From assembly GCA_965208615.1 (NCBI GenBank), contig CBDBPB010000005.1, positions 1-46,898 on the forward strand: a DNA stretch of 46,898 bases. The letters run 5' to 3'. Below, piece by piece: positions 19,764 to 29,434 of the stretch. Every line of letters starts with the position of its first letter. Position 1 is the stretch's first letter. Below the pieces are notes generated by a model. The model was not told the DNA's origin. It saw only the letters and a program-made list of their open reading frames with translations, and searched no databases. This stretch comes from Spirochaetota bacterium (GTDB taxonomy: Bacteria > Spirochaetota > UBA6919 > CBDBPB01). Position numbers and translations under genes: made by a program.

Positions 19764-21545
19764 TTAATTACTGACGTATTTATCAGTACCCCAAGTTTTT
19801 ATATATGCTGCTTTTAAGTTGTTCAATTTTTTTATTAGTTCATTCTTTTTTTTCCTACACCACCAAGCCATAGCACCACCACTAGGACAATTAAGATAAC
19901 CTACCTGCATACTGAGGTTTCCTAGCCTTTTGAGTAGTGCGATTTGTTTTTGAGGCATGATTTTATTAAGACTACCGTCTTTATTGAAGGTAAACGGATT
20001 TATTGAGATTTTATTGAAGGTAAACGGATCTTTTACGATTTCCTTTTTAGGTTTAGGTGGTTTAATACTCTTTTTTGTTCTTCTATTACTTTGCCAATGA
20101 GAGCAGCCCTCGCCAGGGTCTTCACCTGGTAATTCTCCGCAGTATGCATGAAGCATCCCTTCCATAGGTCTTATTCGGCAATAGTCTGGGTCACCAGGTT
20201 TAGGAGTAGGAGTAGGAGTAGGAGGAGTAGGAGTAGTAGGAGTAGGAGTAGTAGAGGTAGTAGAAGGCAGGTTATGTCTGTATACATAAAATTGAGGTAA
20301 CCTTGTAGCATATGCTATTCCTCCATCAGCCCTTCCATCAGTAATTGACCTGAAAAAGAAATTTCTGAGTAGTGGTAACTCACTACTATTTGGGAGACGA
20401 GTTGCTCGTATATTCATATGTAGAGGTAAATATCGCGTTGAATTGGTGTCAGTATTATAAACAGAGCCTACTGCTTCAAGCTCGTAAGGGTGTGGTTGTA
20501 CAGATGTTATCTCGCCTTCCCTAGACGGAGTCATTATAAACTGGCTTCTATCGAAAGGAGGATAAGGACTTCTACCATCTTGACTCTCTACATGTTGTAG
20601 TCCAAGAACATGCCCTATTTCATGGGCAATTACTCCTACTATATCTTCTATAGAAAAACTACGAATACGATCTCTAATGATAATTATAGTTGCGCCTTCT
20701 ATTGGACTTAGACCAACATTAGGATTAGTAGAGATAGGGTTCTGAATAGTAACACCTAGCCTATTAGGAAAATGCCCACTACGAACTATAGTAGCAAGGT
20801 TTGGTGTCATCCCGCGTCCATTATAATTACTATCTACTAATAGAATAGCAAATCGTGGAATAAAAGTACGGCCAGTAAACGGTCTATGATTGAAACGCCT
20901 GGCATCGGGCATACCAATATTCCATAAACCAATAGCTGCATTTACATACGTTGCAAATGTATCTAGCTCAGTATCCTCAACTTGTTGACCTTGAGGAATA
21001 GGAGTAGTATTTCTAGGTCTTCTGCTTTTTATAAAGGGTATTGTTTTAAGACTTTCTATTCTTACTAGTTCTTGTAAGCTACTTTTTCTTGGTATGCAAG
21101 TTATCAGTATATTCTTTTTCCCTGTTGTTCTTAGTTTTTTAAGAGCTATTTCTACAGCTACTCTTTCTACTGGGTCACGTATAACTTTAGAGTTCATTAT
21201 ATTAATTAGTTGCTTTGCTACCTTTTTATTTGCTTGTGGCTTTGCCAAATACTCAGGTTCATGTATTTTTCTTTCTGGACTAGTCCATGATGCAGCATCA
21301 CCCCCATCGCGCAGATAGCTATAATAATCTGTTCGGCTAGCTACCATGAAGCGGTATCCGTTATACACATAATACTCAAACTTATCCTTACCAACTCCAT
21401 GTCTGATATCCCTTTTGTTCATAGTAAGGTTATTAACTTTGATAGCAGAATTAATAACCTTAGAAGCGCTATCTTCTTCAGAACAAGTGATCTGTGTGAT
21501 TGTTAAAAGCACACAGATAAGTATTAATGTAATCTTTCTTTTCAT
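19764..21545 (-). CDS. Metzincin (matrixin/M10-M57-like) zinc metalloprotease, putative lipoprotein with Pro/Thr linker and Cys-containing C-terminus
   Basis: Signal peptide ending TQITC, HEIGHVLGLQH zinc motif, Met-turn-like FIMTP, and a (TP)n linker. Confidence 0.85.
   Translation of the reverse strand: MKRKITLILICVLLTITQITCSEEDSASKVINSAIKVNNLTMNKRDIRHGVGKDKFEYYVYNGYRFMVASRTDYYSYLRDGGDAASWTSPERKIHEPEYLAKPQANKKVAKQLINIMNSKVIRDPVERVAVEIALKKLRTTGKKNILITCIPRKSSLQELVRIESLKTIPFIKSRRPRNTTPIPQGQQVEDTELDTFATYVNAAIGLWNIGMPDARRFNHRPFTGRTFIPRFAILLVDSNYNGRGMTPNLATIVRSGHFPNRLGVTIQNPISTNPNVGLSPIEGATIIIIRDRIRSFSIEDIVGVIAHEIGHVLGLQHVESQDGRSPYPPFDRSQFIMTPSREGEITSVQPHPYELEAVGSVYNTDTNSTRYLPLHMNIRATRLPNSSELPLLRNFFFRSITDGRADGGIAYATRLPQFYVYRHNLPSTTSTTPTPTTPTPPTPTPTPKPGDPDYCRIRPMEGMLHAYCGELPGEDPGEGCSHWQSNRRTKKSIKPPKPKKEIVKDPFTFNKISINPFTFNKDGSLNKIMPQKQIALLKRLGNLSMQVGYLNCPSGGAMAWWCRKKKNELIKKLNNLKAAYIKTWGTDKYVSN
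19980..20029. repeat. 20-bp direct repeat with 30-bp period (PFTFNK twice) in the protease C-terminus
   Basis: TTTATTGAAGGTAAACGGAT occurs at 19980 and 20010. Confidence 0.8.
20201..20264. repeat. Coding microsatellite (TAGGAG)n/(GTA)n encoding the Pro/Thr linker
   Basis: taggagtaggagtaggagtaggaggagtaggagtagtaggagtagg; protein STTSTTPTPTTPTPPTPTPTPKP. Confidence 0.9.
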
Positions 21546-21876
21546 TGTAATTTCTCCTTATAATATTAAGTTGTTTTTTTTTATCTCTTGCATAAAAGCA
21601 AAGAAATAAAGTCTAAGTAAAAGCTATAGAATATGTACTTCTATTATAGAATCATTATTGTATAATTAATAATAGCTGATTCGCTTAAAAAGTAAAGCAT
21701 TTTTTATTTTACTGTTAGTTATGAAAGATTTTATCAGAATAAAAAGGAGTTTAATAATTTCACATCACAACGCTTTTGTCTAGCAACACCCATCGATAAT
21801 ACCTAATTTAGGATAAATCGAACTCAATATTAAAACATATTTAACTATATCAAGTTATTTTAACAAAAAAATGCTT

Positions 21877-21897
21877 GTGAAATTATAAAGATTTCAC
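21877..21897. promoter_or_regulatory. Putative operator upstream of prpD
   Basis: Perfect inverted repeat GTGAAAT-N7-ATTTCAC, 52 bp before the prpD ATG and overlapping a TTGTGA -35-like hexamer. Confidence 0.45.
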
Positions 21898-21949
21898 TAC
21901 CTTTTTATCAAAACCTTTATAACAAACAATAACCACCTGGAGATTAACT

Positions 21950-23458
21950 ATGATAAACCATAAAGTTAGAGCTTACCTATCAAAAGAAAACCTGAAAAAA
22001 CAAGATCAACTTGCATGGAAAATAGCTGAGATTGCCTCTGATAACGCAAAAGTCGATGATGATGTAATAACAATGATCATAAATAGAATAATAGATAACG
22101 CATCAGTGGCTATAGGGGCAATAAATAGAGAGCCTGTATCCAATGCACGATCTCAGGCATTATGTCATCCAAGATCCAATGGTGCAACAGTATTTGGTAT
22201 GTCCAATAACCAAACCTTTGATCCTGCATGGGCTTGCTGGGCAAACGGTACTGCTGTTAGAGAACTCGATATGCATGATACCTTTCTAGCGGCTGACTAC
22301 TCTCATCCAGCGGATAATATACCCGCTACCCTTGCTGTAGCCCAAACTCTAAACAAAAACGGCACAGACCTAATAAAAGGTATTAACACAGGATATGAAG
22401 TACAGATTAACCTTGTAAAGGCTATTTGCTTACACAAGCATAAAATAGATCACATTGCTCATCTTGGACCCTCTGTTGCGGCCGCATTGGGTACTCTATT
22501 AAACCTTGATACTGATATTATATATCAGTCTATACAACAGGCCCTACACGTTTGTGTTAGTACAAGGCAATCTAGGAAAGGTGAAATATCCAGCTGGAAG
22601 GCGTATGCACCAGCTCACGGAGGTAAATTAGCTATAGAGGCTGTGGATAGGTGTATGAGAGGTGAAAAAGCTCCATCACCAATATATGAGGGAGAAGATA
22701 GTGTTATTGCTTGGTGCTTAGACGGAATGGATGGACGTTATACTGTCCCACTACCAAAACCAGGCGAGTCAAAACGGAGTATATTAGAGTCTTATACTAA
22801 AGAACACTCTGCCGAATATCAATCTCAGGCACTTATAGACCTTGCCTTTGATATGAGAAAAAAGATTAGCAACTTTGATGATATAGAATCAATAGTCATC
22901 CACACAAGCCACCATACTCACTATGTAATAGGCACTGGTGCAGGTGATCCACAAAAGATGGACCCTAAAGCAAGCCGTGAGACCCTTGATCATAGTATTA
23001 TGTATATATTTGCTGTTGCCCTACAGGATGGCCAGTGGCACCATGTTAATAGTTATACCCCAGAAAGGGCTAATAGACCAGATACTGTTAGACTATGGCA
23101 TAAAATATCCACTATAGAAAAACCTAAATGGACAAAGGTATATCATGACGCAGACCCCTCTAAAAAGGCATTTGGCGGTGAGGTTCATATAAGGTTCAAA
23201 AACGGTGAAGTGCTTGTAGATCAGCTTGCAAGGGCTAATGCACACCCCGCTGGTAAAATACCCTTTGTTAGGGAGAACTATATAAAGAAGTTCAACACTA
23301 TGACTGAAGGTATTATCAGCGACTCTGAGCAAAATAGATTTTTAGACCTCGTACAAAAGTTACCTAATCTATCCAAGGATGAGATTAAAAAGCTTAATGT
23401 ACAAGTACCAATAGATAAGCTAATACGAAGCTCTAAAGATAGCAGAGGGATATTCTAA
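21950..23458 (+). CDS. prpD: 2-methylcitrate dehydratase (MmgE/PrpD)
   Basis: [47 protein letters not shown] and RETLDHS. Confidence 0.95.
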   Translation: MINHKVRAYLSKENLKKQDQLAWKIAEIASDNAKVDDDVITMIINRIIDNASVAIGAINREPVSNARSQALCHPRSNGATVFGMSNNQTFDPAWACWANGTAVRELDMHDTFLAADYSHPADNIPATLAVAQTLNKNGTDLIKGINTGYEVQINLVKAICLHKHKIDHIAHLGPSVAAALGTLLNLDTDIIYQSIQQALHVCVSTRQSRKGEISSWKAYAPAHGGKLAIEAVDRCMRGEKAPSPIYEGEDSVIAWCLDGMDGRYTVPLPKPGESKRSILESYTKEHSAEYQSQALIDLAFDMRKKISNFDDIESIVIHTSHHTHYVIGTGAGDPQKMDPKASRETLDHSIMYIFAVALQDGQWHHVNSYTPERANRPDTVRLWHKISTIEKPKWTKVYHDADPSKKAFGGEVHIRFKNGEVLVDQLARANAHPAGKIPFVRENYIKKFNTMTEGIISDSEQNRFLDLVQKLPNLSKDEIKKLNVQVPIDKLIRSSKDSRGIF

Positions 23459-24354
23459 TGTTATTTACAAATACATCCCCCAATAAAAAAAGAGAAGTCC
23501 TTAGAGCAAGGTTGAACAGTAATAAACTGCTCAGATTTCCTGGTTCTTTTTCTCCCCTTGTATCGCTGGTTATTGAGGAGTTAGCATTTGACGGTATTTA
23601 TATATCGGGTGCAGTATTGTCAAATGATCTTGGCCTACCTGATATTGGCCTGACTACCCTAACCGAAGTTACAAATAGAGGAAAGGCAATATCCAGGGTT
23701 AGTAGTTTGCCGTCCATTATAGATATTGATACAGGCTTTGGCGAGACTATGAATACCGCAAGAACCATATTAGAAATGGAAGAGGCTGGTATAAGCGGAT
23801 GCCATATAGAGGATCAGGTTAACCCTAAGAGGTGTGGTCATCTTGATAATAAGGTTCTTGTTGATGTTCAGAGCATGGTTAAGAAGGTTAAATCTGCTTA
23901 TAACGCTAAAACTGATAAGAACTTTCTACTTATTGCACGTACTGATGCTCGTGGTGTTGAAGGGCTTGACAAGGCAATAAATAGGGCTAAGGCTTATGTT
24001 GATGCAGGGGCAGACATGATCTTCCCAGAGGCTCTTAAGGATGAGTCTGAGTTTGAGCGGTTTCGTAAGGAGATTAAAGTTCCCCTTCTTGCTAATATGA
24101 CCGAGTTTGGGAAGTCTGTCCTTCTAGACTATGATCAGCTTAGTGATCTTGGGTATAATATTGTTATCTACCCTGTTACTACTTTAAGGCTGGCTATGAA
24201 GGCTGTTGAAGACGGGCTTAGAGTAATTAAAGACAAAGGCTCACAAGAGAGTATAGTTAATAACATGCAGAATAGAAAACGCTTATATGAAGTGCTACAA
24301 TACGAAAGATACAACGAATTCGATAAGGATGTATATAACTTTAGCCTTAAATAA
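23458..24354 (+). CDS. prpB: Methylisocitrate lyase
   Basis: LGLPDIG, DIDTGFG, catalytic loop KRCGHL and ANMTEFGKS; TAATG coupling to prpD. Confidence 0.96.
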   Translation: MLFTNTSPNKKREVLRARLNSNKLLRFPGSFSPLVSLVIEELAFDGIYISGAVLSNDLGLPDIGLTTLTEVTNRGKAISRVSSLPSIIDIDTGFGETMNTARTILEMEEAGISGCHIEDQVNPKRCGHLDNKVLVDVQSMVKKVKSAYNAKTDKNFLLIARTDARGVEGLDKAINRAKAYVDAGADMIFPEALKDESEFERFRKEIKVPLLANMTEFGKSVLLDYDQLSDLGYNIVIYPVTTLRLAMKAVEDGLRVIKDKGSQESIVNNMQNRKRLYEVLQYERYNEFDKDVYNFSLK

Positions 24355-24539
24355 GTTGCCTAATTCGATTACACGCTAAAACATCTATTTGCGCTATATG
24401 ATCCTGCGGATAGCATTTAAAATGCTAAAACTATTTATAAAATCAAATTGACAAAATTTGTCAAAATCAAAAAAGTATTTATAAGCTATCTTTTTACTAA
24501 ATAATGAATCCGCTATAAAAAAACTACAATATTATAAAA

Positions 24540-24583
24540 TCGTAATAATTTTGTAACATTTTTTAATATCTATGTTTTATAAT
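24540..24583 (+). promoter_or_regulatory. Putative Pho box and -10 element upstream of pstS
   Basis: TCGTAAT-AATT-TTGTAAC (two 7-mers at 11-bp period, resembling CTGTCAT-type Pho boxes), a weaker third half-site TTTTAAT ending 24567, then TATAAT at 24578-24583. Confidence 0.5.
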
Positions 24584-24621
24584 TACGTATTATCAAGTTT
24601 AATTATCTTAAGGAGATAAAA

Positions 24622-25509
24622 ATGAAAACTTTATTTAAAGGGCTAATTTTGTTTACTCTTGCATTAGCTTTTCTAAGCTGTAGCAGCAAGAGTATAGAGA
24701 GAAAAACCAACAACTCAAAAACGTCTAAAGGCGAAAAAACTAAGATTACCGTAGTCGGCTCTGATACAATAGTTAAGGTGGGGGGGGTTTGGGCTGAGAA
24801 GTATATGAAAAAGAACTCTAATTTTAGGATACAGGTAACCGGTGGGGGGAGTGGTGTTGGTATAGCCGCTTTAATTAACGGTAGGGCTGATTTAGCTAAT
24901 GCAAGCCGCTCTATGAAAGATAAAGAAAAAAAGACTTTTGAAGATAGAGGTGAGAAGGTTATAGAGAATATTGTTGCAAAAGACGGTCTAACTGTATATC
25001 TTCATAAGGATAACCCTATTGATGTTCTTTCTTTTGAGCAGTTAGATAAAATATACATCGGAAAGATTACCAACTGGCAAGAAGTCGGCGGTAATGATGA
25101 GGAAATTATATTATACGGACGTGAAAATAGCTCTGGTACTTATTCTTACTTTAAAAAATACGTACTTTTAAAGAAAGACTTCGCACAAAAAACACAAGTA
25201 CTACAGGGGACTGCCGCCATTGTTAACGCTATTAGAAAAGATAAAAGAGGTATTGGCTATGGGGGAAAGGGTTATTCAGAGGGGATAAAGTCTGCAAAGA
25301 TCAAAAGGACTAATGCCGAAAAAAAAGCTTATAGTCCTACTCTTGAAAACGTTAAGGCTAATAAATATCCATTAGCCCGTCCTTTATTTATATACACAAC
25401 TGATAAGATATTAAGGTCTAAGCCGTATATTCAGAAGTATTTGGATTGGATAAGCTCTACTGAAGGACAAAAGATTGTTGACTCCGAAGGGTATTTCCCG
25501 ATAAAGTAG
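24622..25509 (+). CDS. pstS: Phosphate ABC transporter substrate-binding lipoprotein
   Basis: Lipobox FLSC, GSDT, GGGSGVG, RENSSGT and YPLARPLF. Confidence 0.95.
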   Translation: MKTLFKGLILFTLALAFLSCSSKSIERKTNNSKTSKGEKTKITVVGSDTIVKVGGVWAEKYMKKNSNFRIQVTGGGSGVGIAALINGRADLANASRSMKDKEKKTFEDRGEKVIENIVAKDGLTVYLHKDNPIDVLSFEQLDKIYIGKITNWQEVGGNDEEIILYGRENSSGTYSYFKKYVLLKKDFAQKTQVLQGTAAIVNAIRKDKRGIGYGGKGYSEGIKSAKIKRTNAEKKAYSPTLENVKANKYPLARPLFIYTTDKILRSKPYIQKYLDWISSTEGQKIVDSEGYFPIK

Positions 25510-25651
25510 TTGTATATTAAGATCCAGGGTTATGAATTATAATATGTTAAAAGGTAAAAACAATATTTGACTCTTTTTTATATCTAGTTATTATTATAGT
25601 GTTAAACAGTGTTTTATAGGGTTTTAAGATTAGTTTTTATGGTATTTTATT

Positions 25652-26656
25652 ATGGTAAAAAAAGATAACGTAAGTCAAGGTTTTATAAATAAGATTAGGC
25701 TATGTTTTTCGTCATTATACGCTAACAATGTCTTTATTGATAAGGTTTTTGAAGTGGTGGTTATGATAGTTGCTATGACAGCGGTTATTACCATAGTGCT
25801 GATTTTTATCTTTGTGGGAAGTGAAGCTTTACCAATATTCTATAGCGAAGAAGTGTGGAAAGATGCCAGCCTTTATAAGTTATTTGTTCCTCAGGTATTT
25901 GAGGGTTATCATGAGCCTAGCTTTATATGGCAGCCTAATTCTGATTATCCAAAATATAGTATATTACCCCTTATTATTGGAAGTATTAAAGTTACTATTG
26001 TGGCAGTACTAATAGGTGCACCTCTTGCTATTATAGCGGCTATATATACATCCCAGTTTGCCGGAAAGGCAGTAAGAGAGTTTATTAAGCCTAGTATTGA
26101 GCTTTTAGCTGGTATACCATCTGTGGTATTGGGCTTTTTTTGTTTTATGGTTATGGCAACCTTATTCCAAAATATATTTGGTCTTAATTTTCGTCTTAAT
26201 GGCTTTACAGCCGGCATAGCCCTTAGTTTTGCCATTATACCTATAATATACACCATCACTGAGGATGCTTTAAACTCTGTTCCAAAGAGTTATATTGCGG
26301 CATCATTAGCTCTTGGGGCTAACAAAATACAAACTACGTTAAGGGTAATAATACCATCAGTTCTACCGGGTATATTTGCGGCTGTGGTATTGGGCTTTGG
26401 TAGGGCAATTGGGGAGACCATGATAGTATTATTGGCCAGTGGGAACGCCTCTATTTTATCGGCTGATTTATTTGACTCCCTTAGGACTATGTCTGCCACT
26501 ATTGCCGCCGAAATGGGTGAGGTTGTTCAGGGAAAAACTCACTGGAATGTATTATTCTTTTTGGGTACTTTACTTTTTATCTTTACTTTTATTTTAAACT
26601 ATATTGGTGATATGGTTATTAACAGGGCTAAAAAAAGGTTATCAGGTTCGAGGTAG
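25652..26656 (+). CDS. pstC: Phosphate ABC transporter permease
   Basis: ELLAGIPSVVLG, EDALNSVP and GRAIGETM. Confidence 0.96.
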   Translation: MVKKDNVSQGFINKIRLCFSSLYANNVFIDKVFEVVVMIVAMTAVITIVLIFIFVGSEALPIFYSEEVWKDASLYKLFVPQVFEGYHEPSFIWQPNSDYPKYSILPLIIGSIKVTIVAVLIGAPLAIIAAIYTSQFAGKAVREFIKPSIELLAGIPSVVLGFFCFMVMATLFQNIFGLNFRLNGFTAGIALSFAIIPIIYTITEDALNSVPKSYIAASLALGANKIQTTLRVIIPSVLPGIFAAVVLGFGRAIGETMIVLLASGNASILSADLFDSLRTMSATIAAEMGEVVQGKTHWNVLFFLGTLLFIFTFILNYIGDMVINRAKKRLSGSR

Positions 26657-26662
26657 GTATAA

Positions 26663-27985
26663 ATGATAAACTCGCTAAAAAGGAGTGTTAAAGAACATTT
26701 AAATCCTTTTGTATTTATAAGTTTTACTGCTACTATAATGATTTTAGCTGTTCTCCTATGGGTATTAATTAATGTTGGTATTAATGGGACTAAGTTATTT
26801 ATAGGTGAGGTGCCCAATAAAGTTGATAGATTAACTTTTAGGGACGGGGTGATAAAAAGGTTAAAATATATTCCTTTAGCTATCAATGCTGATGATTTTA
26901 ATAGTATACTATATAGGCTAACAGACAATGATATTGATTTTATTAAGCAAGCTTATGATTTAGTGGATGGTGTTTATATATTGGATAAACGTTTTATGTG
27001 GGATGAGAAGGCTAGGGATAATGTTAAAGATGTTCTAAGACTCGCTGAATACAAAAAAGAGAGTAGTGAACTTAAGTTTATTCTGTCTTTATATAGTTAT
27101 GACCCTAATAGAGAGAGATATACTCTTAAAAAAAGCGTTACTGATAAGCAAAAGAATAAAGCAAAAGATATATTTCATATAATAGAGTTTAGGTATACTA
27201 ATGTTATAAGGTTTTTGACTGACGCTCCTGAAGATGGTGTTACCCATGGGGGTATATTCCCTGCTATTATTGGTACGGTTTTATTGGTATTTATAATGAC
27301 TGTTGCGGTTATACCTATTGGTGTTATAACTGCTATTTATTTAAACGAATATGCTGGTAATAATAGGCTTACTAGGCTTATAAGATTAGCGGTTAACAAT
27401 TTAGCAGGGGTACCAGCTATTGTATTTGGTTTATTTGGTTTAGGATTCTTTATACAGTTTGTTGGAAAGGGTATAGATAACGTTTTTTACGGCGGAGAAC
27501 TTAATTTTGCTCAGCCTGCAATATTATGGGCATCTTTAACTTTAGCATTATTAACTTTACCGGTTGTTATTGTATCCACTGAAGAATCCATTAGAGCCAT
27601 ACCAAGCGATTTAAGAGAAGCCAGTTATGCCTTAGGTGCAACAAAGTTTCAGACTATAACCAGGGTTATTATACCCAATGCACTTTCTGGTATACTGACT
27701 GGGGGTATATTAGCTGTTAGTCGTGGTGCTGGAGAGGTTGCACCTATTTTATTCACCGGAGCTGTATATTTACTACCCGATATACCAACTAAATTGACTG
27801 ATCAGTTTATGGAGCTTGGTTATCACATTTTTATTATGACTAGTCAGTCACCCAATGTTGAGGCTACAAAGCCAATTTTATTTGCTACTGTATTAGTTCT
27901 TTTAGTTCTCACGTTTTTACTAAACTTTTTAGCTATTATTGTTAGACTAAGGCTAAGGAAAAGGTTTAGATCATTTTCTAATTAG
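26663..27985 (+). CDS. pstA: Phosphate ABC transporter permease with large extracytoplasmic insertion
   Basis: GGIFPAIIGT, AIYLNEYA, NLAGVPAIVFGLFGL and RGAGEVAP. Confidence 0.95.
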   Translation: MINSLKRSVKEHLNPFVFISFTATIMILAVLLWVLINVGINGTKLFIGEVPNKVDRLTFRDGVIKRLKYIPLAINADDFNSILYRLTDNDIDFIKQAYDLVDGVYILDKRFMWDEKARDNVKDVLRLAEYKKESSELKFILSLYSYDPNRERYTLKKSVTDKQKNKAKDIFHIIEFRYTNVIRFLTDAPEDGVTHGGIFPAIIGTVLLVFIMTVAVIPIGVITAIYLNEYAGNNRLTRLIRLAVNNLAGVPAIVFGLFGLGFFIQFVGKGIDNVFYGGELNFAQPAILWASLTLALLTLPVVIVSTEESIRAIPSDLREASYALGATKFQTITRVIIPNALSGILTGGILAVSRGAGEVAPILFTGAVYLLPDIPTKLTDQFMELGYHIFIMTSQSPNVEATKPILFATVLVLLVLTFLLNFLAIIVRLRLRKRFRSFSN

Positions 27986-27998
27986 GCATGGATATTAA

Positions 27999-28763
27999 AT
28001 GAAAGAAAAAATTAAAATAGAAAACCTTGATTTTTATTATGACAAAAACTCAGACGTTAAAACTCTTATTGATATTAGTATGTTGATAAAAGAAAAAAGG
28101 GTTACTGCTCTTATTGGTCCATCTGGATGCGGTAAAACAACGTTTTTAAAGACCATTAATCGCATGAGTGATCTAGTTGACAACTCAAAGGTTGATGGCA
28201 AGGTATACATTGACGGCAAGGATATTTTTTCTGATGATATTAACGTTGTGGAGTTAAGGGGTAGGGTTGGTATGGTTTTTCAGAAGTCCAATCCTTTTCC
28301 AAAGTCTATATTTGACAATATTGCCTATGGACCAAGGATATTTGGTGAAAAAAACAAAACTAAGCTATCAGAAATTGTAGAGACTACTTTAAAAAAGGTA
28401 GCTTTGTGGGATGATATAAAAGATAGACTTAATCAATCCGCTTTAGGCTTATCAGGAGGACAACAGCAAAGATTGTGCATAGCAAGAGCATTAGCTGTTG
28501 AGCCTGAGATTTTACTTATGGATGAACCAGCTAGTGCATTGGATCCTATTGCTACTACTAAGATTGAGGAATTAATATTCCAGCTCAAGGATAGTTATAC
28601 TATTGTAATTGTTACCCATAATATGCAGCAGGCGGCTAGGGTATCTGACTATACTGCTTTTTTTTATATGGGTGAACTGATTGAGTATGATACTACAGAG
28701 AAGATATTTACTAATCCGTCTGTAAACAAAACTGCGGATTATGTTACTGGACGCTTTGGATAG
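27999..28763 (+). CDS. pstB: Phosphate ABC transporter ATPase
   Basis: [30 protein letters not shown] and YVTGRFG. Confidence 0.97.
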   Translation: MKEKIKIENLDFYYDKNSDVKTLIDISMLIKEKRVTALIGPSGCGKTTFLKTINRMSDLVDNSKVDGKVYIDGKDIFSDDINVVELRGRVGMVFQKSNPFPKSIFDNIAYGPRIFGEKNKTKLSEIVETTLKKVALWDDIKDRLNQSALGLSGGQQQRLCIARALAVEPEILLMDEPASALDPIATTKIEELIFQLKDSYTIVIVTHNMQQAARVSDYTAFFYMGELIEYDTTEKIFTNPSVNKTADYVTGRFG

Positions 28764-28804
28764 AATATTTATTATAACTGCTATAGACAAGTATATACAA
28801 AACA

Positions 28805-28833
28805 TTGACAAAATGTAACGTTATATATATCTT
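28805..28833 (+). promoter_or_regulatory. Sigma70-like promoter with a palindrome in the spacer
   Basis: TTGACA(28805)-17 bp-TATCTT(28828); near-palindrome TGTAACGTTATA at 28814-28825. Confidence 0.5.
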
Positions 28834-29012
28834 TAGAAGAGTAGCAAAGAATGCAAGGTAAAATATAAAAATAATAGAAAACTATAAGGCTACAATTTCA
28901 ATTGACAAAAATACTAGAAACTTAATGATAGACTTTATAAAAAGTCTAAAAAAAGAAAGCTTTTCACAAAGGTTATTAGTAAAATTATATTTAAAAGTAA
29001 AAGAGAACAAAG

Positions 29013-29300
29013 TTGATAAGCGAAGAATTAAAACAAGAAATTAAAAAAGAAGTTGCCAATCAAATACACGAAGTCGAAATTACTGACATTAAAGTCGAGA
29101 AGCTTAAAAATGAAATATTAGGCGTAGAAAATAGACTTAACAATAAAATATTAGGCGTAGAAAATAAAATATTAAGCGTAGAAAATAGACTCGACAATAG
29201 AATTAGTAAGCTCGAAGGTATGATGAAAGTTATTATAACAATAACATCAGCAATAGCAATAGGAATTATAATGCTAATGCTTAAAGACATTTTTAAATAA
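29013..29300 (+). CDS. Small coiled-coil repeat protein with C-terminal TM anchor (Bdr/DUF1640-like architecture); true start may lie upstream
   Basis: Repeats ILGVENRLNNK / ILGVENK / ILSVENRLDNR followed by hydrophobic VIITITSAIAIGIIMLML. Confidence 0.7.
   Translation: MISEELKQEIKKEVANQIHEVEITDIKVEKLKNEILGVENRLNNKILGVENKILSVENRLDNRISKLEGMMKVIITITSAIAIGIIMLMLKDIFK
29113..29199. repeat. 33/21-bp coding tandem repeats (11- and 7-aa units)
   Basis: AAATATTAGGCGTAGAAAATA occurs twice exactly and once with one mismatch (AAATATTAAGCGTAGAAAATA). Confidence 0.85.
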
Positions 29301-29434
29301 TTATGTATAAATTAAACGTTCTAATAAGTTAGCTAAAAAGCCTTCTAAGATGTCTGTCCAATAAAAAGCGGCTGGCGACCTTTATAATAATTCTTTATTT
29401 AAATGTTAGAATAATTAACTGTTAGGAGACTTAT

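Noticed and set aside
24355-24430. Small palindromes after prpB (ATCC-TGC-GGAT, TAGCATTT-A-AAATGCTA) as a MITE or element boundary
   Set aside because: Short, no matching copy or target duplication on the other side of prpDB; may simply be a weak terminator.
29330-29385. Locally GC-richer stretch (AGCGGCTGGCGACC) before phoU as a riboswitch or ncRNA
   Set aside because: I could not fit it to fluoride, ZTP, c-di-GMP or other known consensus folds; an Infernal/Rfam scan would be needed.
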